Positions 57,042 to 63,754 of a DNA stretch of 64,000 bases are shown here, in pieces. Under the pieces are notes generated by a model that did not search any database, had not been told where the DNA came from, and was given only the letters and a program-made list of their open reading frames with translations. Numbering within the stretch: position 1 is the stretch's first letter; each line of letters begins with the position of its first letter. Source of the DNA: Anaerolineales bacterium (GTDB lineage Bacteria; Chloroflexota; Anaerolineae; Anaerolineales; UBA11858); contig JBARSF010000017.1 of NCBI GenBank assembly GCA_049644605.1, positions 7,805 through 71,804 of the forward strand, given 5' to 3'. Both the position numbers and the translations under genes were made by a program.

Positions 57042-58523
57042 ATGGCGCATGATGTGTTTATCAGCTACTCAACCAAAGACAAGACTGTCGCTGATACGAT
57101 TGCAGCCTCACTGGAGGGAAAACAAATCCGCTGCTGGTATGCGCCCAGAGACATCAAAGCCGGGGCCGATTGGGGGGAAGAGATCGCCCAGGCCATTAAC
57201 GCCAGCACGATTTTTTTGCTGATCTTCTCCAGCAGCGCCAACCAGTCTCAACGGGTGCTGGATGAGCTGAATCTGGCCATAACAAAAGAAGCGGTTATTC
57301 TGCCCTTCCGGATCGAAAAGTTGGATCCCAGCGGCGCCATGCAGCTGCATCTTTCTTCCAGGCATTGGTTGGATGCATTCCTACCCTCCTGGGAAAAACA
57401 CATTGATAACCTTGTCAACAGCGTTTTCTCCAATCTGGAAACCGGCGAAAGCACCGCAGCAGTTGATTATGCCAGATCTTTTGATCAAACCTCAAAACCG
57501 AAAAAAAGAAAACTCTGGCTGTTTGGGGCTGTTGGGACCGTTGTTATTGCCGGCTTGGGGGCAATTTTTGGCCTCCCAAAGCTTTTTGGCCCACCTGATA
57601 TCATCCCAACAGAATTAGCACCGACTGTAACTACTCATTCGACGGCGATTATTCCCACCGACACCAGCGTTCCCACACCCATTCTCCCGACCCTGGGCAG
57701 CGCAGAAGCTCCCCTGATCTGGATGTACGTTCCCAGGGATGATATCGACTTTAACGAGGTCAGTACCACAGTTGATGAAATCGTCAAGGATTTTCAAGAA
57801 ATAAATCCGAATTTATCCCTGAAGATTATCCCCGCTACCAATGAAATCACAATAATTGAAGCGCTCTGTGCCGGGGAAGCGCACATCGGATCACTTAATG
57901 CCTTCACATTCATGGCCGCGTCAAGCCGGGACTGTGCTGAAGCCAAATTAATCTGGAGTGCGTACGGCGATATCAACGTTGGAGGTATGATCGTTACTAA
58001 CGCAGACAGTGGGATTACTGATATTTCAGCATTAGAAGGTCAACCGCTTTGCATCCCTAACTATACTAGTACTTCCGGATGGGTATTGCCCTCCCTCGAG
58101 ATTCAAGCATCCATAGAGAGGGATCCTGATTCCTTTTTTAGTGAGATTATCGAAAAAAATGGACATGATAAAGTTATTTGGGAAGTTTATAACGGGAATT
58201 GCATTGCGGGAACAGCCTTTTATGATGCTCGGTTAAATTATTCAGATATCCCTGATATCAATGACCGTGTTGTTATACTCTCTACTACCACCTCTGTCCC
58301 CCTATCAAACTTCAGTTTCAGTAAAATCATTCCACCCGAACTCTCCCAAAAGCTGATTGCCTTTTTCCTCAATTCTGCGGAATTAGATAATTTATCAATC
58401 ATTTGTGGGTATTCCCATCATACAAATCCCATCAAATTAATTGAGATCAATGATTATTACTATAACGAGATCTGGGATTTGTTCCAGCGGGCCGGGGAAA
58501 ACCCGGAAGATTATTTACGGTAG
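57042..58523 (+). CDS. TIR domain - single TM helix - PhnD-like periplasmic solute-binding domain fusion protein
   Basis: N-terminus DVFISYSTKDK ... CWYAPRDI ... IFLLIFS ... VLDELN (TIR_2-like, conserved Glu). KPKKRK then TM LWLFGAVGTVVIAGLGAIFGL. C-terminus ALCAGEAHIGSLNAF, GMIVTNADSGITDISALEGQPLCIPNYTSTSGW (phosphonate-bd-like). AGGAG lies 8 nt before the ATG at 57042. Confidence 0.8.
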   Translation: MAHDVFISYSTKDKTVADTIAASLEGKQIRCWYAPRDIKAGADWGEEIAQAINASTIFLLIFSSSANQSQRVLDELNLAITKEAVILPFRIEKLDPSGAMQLHLSSRHWLDAFLPSWEKHIDNLVNSVFSNLETGESTAAVDYARSFDQTSKPKKRKLWLFGAVGTVVIAGLGAIFGLPKLFGPPDIIPTELAPTVTTHSTAIIPTDTSVPTPILPTLGSAEAPLIWMYVPRDDIDFNEVSTTVDEIVKDFQEINPNLSLKIIPATNEITIIEALCAGEAHIGSLNAFTFMAASSRDCAEAKLIWSAYGDINVGGMIVTNADSGITDISALEGQPLCIPNYTSTSGWVLPSLEIQASIERDPDSFFSEIIEKNGHDKVIWEVYNGNCIAGTAFYDARLNYSDIPDINDRVVILSTTTSVPLSNFSFSKIIPPELSQKLIAFFLNSAELDNLSIICGYSHHTNPIKLIEINDYYYNEIWDLFQRAGENPEDYLR

Positions 58524-58632
58524 ATAACTCTTACCCCTGTGGAATAAAGCGGGAGAATTCAAGCGAAACATCATTCTTATGATCGGCGGGAGCAGAACTG
58601 ATTAAGGTCTGGGAACCACTGCTATAAAATAT

Positions 58633-58677
58633 GGGGCAATAGCCGAAATCGCCGGTTCGAATCCAGTCGTCCCCTCA
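58633..58677 (+). pseudogene. Decayed tRNA-Asp copy (3' half retained, D and anticodon arms missing)
   Basis: agccgaaatcgccggttcgaatccagtcgtcccctca (58641-58677) matches tRNA positions 49652-49689 with about five differences. It is preceded by ggggc, resembling the 5' acceptor strand. Confidence 0.75.
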
Positions 58678-58685
58678 GTGAAAAA

Positions 58686-58712
58686 GGACCACTCGAGAGA
58701 GGGGTTCTTTTT
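58686..58712 (+). terminator. Terminator hairpin copy 2 of 3
   Basis: ggaccactc gaga gaggggttc TTTTT, a degenerate copy of 49698-49724 in the same position relative to the tRNA remnant. Confidence 0.65.
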
Positions 58713-58875
58713 GTGTTAAAGGAGGTATAATGGCAATTCTCCCTAGTAGAATTAGCTGCCCTGCTGAGACCATACCATCACTCAGGGCAGATGTTTGTAA
58801 TCCAAAATCCATAAATGGGGGGATCATCATTGAAGTTATCAGAGAAATTCAATTAAGCAGTCCTTTAGGAGCTCT

Positions 58876-60069
58876 ATGATGGCTAAACAATATTTGAAGT
58901 TTAAGCTTTGGATAATCCCAGTCCTGCTGATTTGGATGGCGATCAGCACATCTTGCGAGCGTGTGGAGGGGGGAGAGGACCAAGAAACCCCGGCATTGCC
59001 GCAGGCGACTGTCCCGGTAGCAACCCTGGAGGATAATCAATCATCCAGCGAGGATGGAGAACCTGAAGATTTATCGACCCCTCAGTCGCCAGAACACCTG
59101 GTTTCCGGGCTTGTCCTTGGAAGTATGAGCGAAACATTCTATGTGGATCTGACCGGCCAGGTTGTACTCCTGGTGGATCAAACTCTTGCGCAGCTCAACG
59201 CTGACCATGATCTAGTTCTTTTTGCCCGTGAGGATCCAGCCAATTATAAAAACGATATCTGGATTTTGGATCTAGAGAGCGGGGAAGAACAAAACTTGAC
59301 CCAAACTCCAGACCGGGATGAAATCTTCCCTCAGTGGTGGCCGGCCCATCCCGAGATGGCTTTTTTTGTATCGGGGGAAGAAACCGGGATGATGAACAGC
59401 GAACAGCCGACAATCGTCAACCTGGATGGTTCTGGATATCAAGTCCTTGATGAGAATCAAGGGGGACCCAATACTTTGGCGTCCGATGGAACAATGATTG
59501 CTTACGGGGGATTTGATCAAGTTGGGGTTATCTATCATTGGGATGGTAAATTTGAAGACTTCTACCCCGAGGACTATGGCTTAAATGTAGAGAAAATATT
59601 CCAACCCGCATTCTCGCCGGACGGGCGCTTCCTGGCCTGGAAAGTGGCCGGCGACTTAAATGGGGATGGCAGCTACGCAATTGGCCTGGCAATCTTTGAT
59701 CTCCAGGAACGAACAGCGATCCTGACCCATGTCTACATCGTGCAGGGAGGAGGTATGGTCCCTCATTATGTCGCCTGGAGCCCGGATGGGAGTTGGATTG
59801 CTTATGTCACTTTCGGCGAGGGACCCGCTGTTGAGCGAGAACCCAATCTGTGGATTCTGCGCCCGGACGGCAGCCAGGAAATGTTTGTTGACATTGGCCT
59901 TGACCCTACCTGGAGCCCCGATGGCTCAAGTCTGGCGTACATTCGCACGACCATGGAAGGTGAGCAAGGACTGCAAATCATGGATCTCAAGAGCTTAAGC
60001 ATCACGCCAATTGATGATCTGTCGTTCCCGGGTGCACTGAATTTCATCATCGACTGGATTCAGCCTTAA
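58876..60069 (+). CDS. Lipoprotein with TolB-like PD40 beta-propeller repeats
   Basis: Signal peptide with lipobox-like ISTSC. Repeated FSPDGRFLAW, WSPDGSWIAY and WSPDGSSLAY motifs. Confidence 0.78.
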   Translation: MMAKQYLKFKLWIIPVLLIWMAISTSCERVEGGEDQETPALPQATVPVATLEDNQSSSEDGEPEDLSTPQSPEHLVSGLVLGSMSETFYVDLTGQVVLLVDQTLAQLNADHDLVLFAREDPANYKNDIWILDLESGEEQNLTQTPDRDEIFPQWWPAHPEMAFFVSGEETGMMNSEQPTIVNLDGSGYQVLDENQGGPNTLASDGTMIAYGGFDQVGVIYHWDGKFEDFYPEDYGLNVEKIFQPAFSPDGRFLAWKVAGDLNGDGSYAIGLAIFDLQERTAILTHVYIVQGGGMVPHYVAWSPDGSWIAYVTFGEGPAVEREPNLWILRPDGSQEMFVDIGLDPTWSPDGSSLAYIRTTMEGEQGLQIMDLKSLSITPIDDLSFPGALNFIIDWIQP

Positions 60070-60255
60070 GATCAGATCATGGGGGTCCTGGCGGCCGCGA
60101 AGCACATCCCGGCGGCTCAACCGAGCGCCATAAGTGACTGCGGTTTTTCGCCCTTCAGCGACGATACCGGCACATCCCGGGAAATCGCCTTTGCGAAAGT
60201 GGCAGCCCGGGTGCAGGGCACCGAGCTGGCCGCGGCCCAGCTGGGGGTTGCCTAA
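60070..60255 (+). pseudogene. Fragment resembling the C-terminus of a cobalamin-independent methionine synthase (MetE-like) family gene
   Basis: Visibly GC-rich 186-nt stretch open in frame from the preceding stop. It encodes ...SDCGFSPFSDDTGTSREIAFAKVAARVQGTELAAAQLGVA*. There is no N-terminal part, and at 58 aa from its ATG it is too short for the track. Confidence 0.45.
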
Positions 60256-60293
60256 AGCCAGTCTCTAAGAGATAAGTTTCATTTAATTAAAAA

Positions 60294-60320
60294 GAACCAC
60301 TCGTGAGAGTGGTTCTTTTT
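60294..60320 (+). terminator. Terminator hairpin copy 3 of 3
   Basis: gaaccactc gtga gagtggttc TTTTT, with stems identical to 49698-49720. Confidence 0.75.
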
Positions 60321-60420
60321 GTGTTTAAGGACAACCCCACGCCAGGTTTTGTCAGCGGCGTAACAACTATGCTACACTGTCATTAGAGGGAGTAGATTTC
60401 GCCGGGTACGATGGATGCCA

Positions 60421-60506
60421 GATAATAACTTATTCATTTAGCAGGAGACATACTGGATAACTACTTATTCAGTTATCCCGCAGTTACAAGATAATTAACG
60501 TTAGGC
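60421..60506 (+). other. attI-like recombination site C
   Basis: gataataacttattcatttagc (60421-60442) and gataactacttattcagttatc (60456-60477), then a 22-nt spacer ending ataattaac, then GTTAGGC (60500-60506). Confidence 0.6.
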
Positions 60507-60550
60507 CACTCGTTTCTGAAAGTGTCTATTCAAGTAAGGATAATCTCAAG

Positions 60551-61501
60551 ATGAATGACAAATTGGATATGAAACGCATTACTATTTTCCTTACCTTCAC
60601 CTTTGGAATCGCCTGGCTCAATGGCTTGATCATCTATCTTACTGGGGGCTTAGTCGATAGCCCGGAAATTATCCCAGGCAGTGGAATCACTATCTCCCTG
60701 GTGCTTTTGGCTGGGGGCTATATGTGGGCACCTGCGTTGGCACACATTCTCACCCGTCTGATCACGCGCGAAGGCTGGAAGGACACTTACTTGCGTCCCC
60801 GAAGGCAAGGATGGCAATACTGGATTGCGGCCTGGTTCATACCGTCTATCATGACTATCCTAGGTGCGGGACTATTCTTTGTTGTTTTTCCAAAATACTT
60901 TGATCCATCGCTCAAAGTGCTTCAAGAGATGCTAGCGAAAACGGGCCAGGACACCTCGACCCCTTTGTGGACGATTGTTATTTTTCAAACTCTCTTTGGT
61001 GTACTGATTGCTCCGTTCATCAACAGCTTATTTTCTTTTGGCGAAGAGTTTGGTTGGCGGGCCTATTTACAGCCCAAACTTATGCCGCTCGGTGGACGTA
61101 AAGCTATACTGTTGATAGGACTGATCTGGGGTGTGTGGCATTGGCCCGTTATCGCAATGGGGCACAATTATGGTCTTGAATATCCTGGTGCACCTTGGCT
61201 GGGTTTGTTGATGATGGTGTGGGTCACAATAGGCCTTGGAACATTCTTGGGATGGCTAACAGTACGGGCAGGCAATGTATGGCCGGCCGTAATCGGTCAC
61301 GCTGCCATTAACGGTATTAGCGGACTGGCTGCCGTATGCGTATTGGGCAACCCTAATCCTTTGCTGGGCCCATTGCCAATTGGTCTAATAGGCTCGGCGG
61401 CATGGGTTTTGCTGACTTTGGCGATTCTCCTGAAGCCTGGTACGCTCGACGCGGGTCATGTTGAGTCGCTCCAGGTGGATGAAGCAAATCCAAAAGTGTA
61501 A
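60551..61501 (+). CDS. Cassette 1': CPBP family intramembrane glutamic endopeptidase (CAAX protease/Abi family)
   Basis: EEFGWRAYLQP, GVWHWP and IGHAAING motifs; multiple TM segments. Confidence 0.82.
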   Translation: MNDKLDMKRITIFLTFTFGIAWLNGLIIYLTGGLVDSPEIIPGSGITISLVLLAGGYMWAPALAHILTRLITREGWKDTYLRPRRQGWQYWIAAWFIPSIMTILGAGLFFVVFPKYFDPSLKVLQEMLAKTGQDTSTPLWTIVIFQTLFGVLIAPFINSLFSFGEEFGWRAYLQPKLMPLGGRKAILLIGLIWGVWHWPVIAMGHNYGLEYPGAPWLGLLMMVWVTIGLGTFLGWLTVRAGNVWPAVIGHAAINGISGLAAVCVLGNPNPLLGPLPIGLIGSAAWVLLTLAILLKPGTLDAGHVESLQVDEANPKV

Positions 61502-61558
61502 TATCAGACGATTCTGAAAATTGAAGAAGTACAAGCAGATTTCGAGAATAGGGGTGCG

Positions 61559-61576
61559 GCCTAACCCAAGTTAGGC
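61559..61576 (+). repeat. attC1' reduced to an 18-bp palindrome
   Basis: GCCTAAC ccaa GTTAGGC, with no inner L boxes. Both cores agree with the cassettes on either side. Confidence 0.65.
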
Positions 61577-61649
61577 CTCATAAATCTATGAATTCTTATT
61601 GTTGATACAATTTGGTAATAAATCGAATAACAAAAATAGAAAAAAAGGA

Positions 61650-61892
61650 ATGAAGGAAATGATACATTTACATGAAAAAGGAACGAAAACTCTAGTAGGA
61701 AATATTAGCGAACAACAGCTACAAGTTTTGATAGATCAGCTCGAAGAAGAATGGTTAGAAGATAAAGATTATTCAATAACACCCTTAATACTTGATGCTT
61801 TTGAAGCTGAAGGTGTTGATTCGGAATTGATCTCAATATTATGGGCTGCTCTTGGGGATCGAGATGAGATCGTGGTTGTTTGGAGTAAATGA
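61650..61892 (+). CDS. Cassette 2': small acidic hypothetical protein (~78-80 aa)
   Basis: ORF rich in D/E (LIDQLEEEWLEDKDY). Start ambiguous (61650 or 61659; the track start at 61599 is unlikely). Confidence 0.55.
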   Translation: MKEMIHLHEKGTKTLVGNISEQQLQVLIDQLEEEWLEDKDYSITPLILDAFEAEGVDSELISILWAALGDRDEIVVVWSK

Positions 61893-61899
61893 ATGTGAG

Positions 61900-62000
61900 G
61901 CCTAACCCCCGCTCCACCCGACAGCCGGTTAAGGACGGACGACCGCGGACGGAGGACCGGAAAGGTAAAGCCCGGCTGCAGGTGAGCTATTCCGTTATGC
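61900..62000 (+). repeat. attC2' (101 bp)
   Basis: GCCTAAC ccccgctccacccgacagccgg ... cccggctgcaggtgagctattcc GTTATGC. The R'' core is the reverse complement of GTTAGGC at 61570. Confidence 0.85.
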
Positions 62001-62004
62001 GTCA

Positions 62005-62610
62005 TTGATCAATACAGGAGTTAAACAATTTCTTTGGAGATTTCTGGTGGAATCAATACTTAGATTAAAGAATCGGAAGATTCGTTTCTTATGGTCCTTT
62101 CTATTCCTTTTTATTACTTCTAGTATTGCTGCATTTCTTGTCTACTATGGAATCATATTGTTGAAAATTGGAAATAATTATGATGCCCCAATCAGGATTT
62201 CTGATGGATATCACGGAGGTTATCTATCGTTGATCTCTGAACACCCTTTCCCTTTTCTTATGTCTATTTCACTAATTCTCGCAATTTCAGGAACCCTATG
62301 GGTTGTTAGTATACTACCTAAATTTCAACGCTTCCAATTCTTACAGATTTTACTAATCCCGTGGATTTCACTAATTATCGCGAGTCCCATCTGGGGTTTG
62401 ATATGGTCAATTTATCGCTGGCCCCCTCAAGGATTTTCAGATTCCTCCGTAATGTGGATGTACTATCGGCATGACTTATTATTCGGGCTTAGATTAGGTT
62501 GGTTATCAGCTCTCCTGTCATTTCCAATTAACATTATCAGTTACGTTTTCGCAGTGGGATTGATCTACCTTAGTTCAAGAATATTCATGATGAAAAACCT
62601 AGACATTTAA
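62005..62610 (+). CDS. Cassette 3': AT-rich integral membrane protein, unknown function
   Basis: About 5 TM segments. The track start is a TTG at 62005; a GTG at 62047 with GGAGA 6-7 nt upstream is an alternative. Confidence 0.65.
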   Translation: MINTGVKQFLWRFLVESILRLKNRKIRFLWSFLFLFITSSIAAFLVYYGIILLKIGNNYDAPIRISDGYHGGYLSLISEHPFPFLMSISLILAISGTLWVVSILPKFQRFQFLQILLIPWISLIIASPIWGLIWSIYRWPPQGFSDSSVMWMYYRHDLLFGLRLGWLSALLSFPINIISYVFAVGLIYLSSRIFMMKNLDI

Positions 62611-62624
62611 CCAGTATTTTATCC

Positions 62625-62749
62625 GCATAACCTCCGCTCCACCTGCGCGCCGGGCAAGCCGGGCGCCCGATCGCTTCTCCCCTTACCAGTTTTTTAATCT
62701 ATAATCAACATTAACTGGCCCCGGCGCCAGGTGAGCTCATCCGTTGGGC
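62625..62749 (+). repeat. attC3' (125 bp)
   Basis: GCATAAC ctccgctccacc ... ggcgccaggtgagctcatcc GTTGGGC. The R'' core is the reverse complement of GTTATGC at 61994. Confidence 0.85.
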
Positions 62750-62788
62750 GGACGTGGCAATCAGGCTGTCACACCAGAGAGAACATCA

Positions 62789-63592
62789 ATGACCACGAAT
62801 ACCAGATTGACGCTAACCCCCGAGCAAGAAACCCTGCTGATTACACTCTATGCTAAGGCGCAACCAGGTAATCCGCTGTTCTTTGACCAGACGGCCCAAG
62901 ACGTTCTGAATCGGGTGGACTATGACTTTACCCGCTTGCATGTCCCCTTCATGACCGTCTTTCTGGTTTGCCAGCGGGCCAAGAAGCTGGATGCCATCAC
63001 CCGTGACTTCTTGGCTGAGCATCCCGGCGGCGTGGTGTTGCAGCTGGGTTGCGGTTTGGATAATCGCTTCTGGCGTGTAGACAACGGTAGCGTCACCTGG
63101 TATGACCTAGATATGCCACAGGTGGTAGAGCTTCGCCGTCAGTTCTTCACTGGAAGCGAACGCTATCACCTGATCGCCGCTTCCGTGACAGACCGGGAAT
63201 GCCTGGCTACAGTCGTGTCAGGTGGGCGGCCGGTGCTTGTGGTGGCGGAAGGATTGCTGATGTATCTGGGCGAGGCCGAGGTGCGGCGGCTAGTGCTCCA
63301 ATTGCACGAGACCTTTCCAGGCTGTCGACTGATCTCGGACGTTTTTAGTCGATTGATGGCACGCTCGGCTTCCAAACATCCTTCGCTAAAATATACCGGT
63401 GCGACCCTCGGTTGGGGCATCGATGATGCGCATGAGTTGGAGGCTTGGGCACCCGGCCTTCGCCTCTTGGAAGAGTGGTATTTCACTGACGACCCCGACT
63501 TGGCTCGTCTTTCTTTTGGGTATCGCATGGCATATAGGCTTTATGGCGCTTTACTGAAACGGGCCCATCGTATCGTGTACTATCAACTGTAA
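62789..63592 (+). CDS. Cassette 4': class I SAM-dependent O-methyltransferase (TcmP / leucine carboxyl methyltransferase-like)
   Basis: LTPEQETLLITLYAKA ..., VVLQLGCGLDNRFWRV and WYDLDMPQVVELRR motifs. Start moved to the ATG at 62789 because the track start lies inside attC3'. Confidence 0.78.
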   Translation: MTTNTRLTLTPEQETLLITLYAKAQPGNPLFFDQTAQDVLNRVDYDFTRLHVPFMTVFLVCQRAKKLDAITRDFLAEHPGGVVLQLGCGLDNRFWRVDNGSVTWYDLDMPQVVELRRQFFTGSERYHLIAASVTDRECLATVVSGGRPVLVVAEGLLMYLGEAEVRRLVLQLHETFPGCRLISDVFSRLMARSASKHPSLKYTGATLGWGIDDAHELEAWAPGLRLLEEWYFTDDPDLARLSFGYRMAYRLYGALLKRAHRIVYYQL

Positions 63593-63601
63593 TCTATGCC
63601 C

Positions 63602-63724
63602 GCCCAACAACCGCTTGCAGCCGACCCCGCGGGCTGCGCGATTTGCTAACAAAGGCACTGGTATGGGACCCTTTAATAGCAAGCCAATATCCGAGCGGGG
63701 CAGCTGAGCTCAAAACCGTTATGC
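63602..63724 (+). repeat. attC4' (123 bp, long family)
   Basis: GCCCAAC aaccgcttgcagcc ... ctgcgcgatttgct ... cagctgagctcaaaacc GTTATGC. ccGCCCAAC is the reverse complement of GTTGGGCgg at 62743. Confidence 0.85.
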
Positions 63725-63754
63725 AGCTTTGAGTTTTTCTTCTGAGATTGATCA

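Noticed and set aside
58550-58640. A possible degenerate attC after the TIR gene. GCGAAAC at about 58569 is one mismatch from the complement of the GTTTTGC core of attC8.
   Set aside because: There is no matching L boxes, no closing GTTRRRY core and no convincing stem. The evidence is insufficient to call the TIR gene a bounded cassette.
58757-58789. A hairpin sharing gccctgc...actcagggcag with the centre of attC1
   Set aside because: It is noted as a possible attC remnant, but the flanks lack R''/L''/L'/R' boxes. The shared sequence is short and self-complementary, so independent support is weak.
60241-60253. gctgggggttgcc resembles the 5' end of tRNA-Asp (gctgggggcgtgg), suggesting a third tRNA remnant
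   Set aside because: Only about 10 of 13 nt match. The stretch lies inside the reading frame of the MetE-like fragment and nothing tRNA-like follows it, so this is probably chance.
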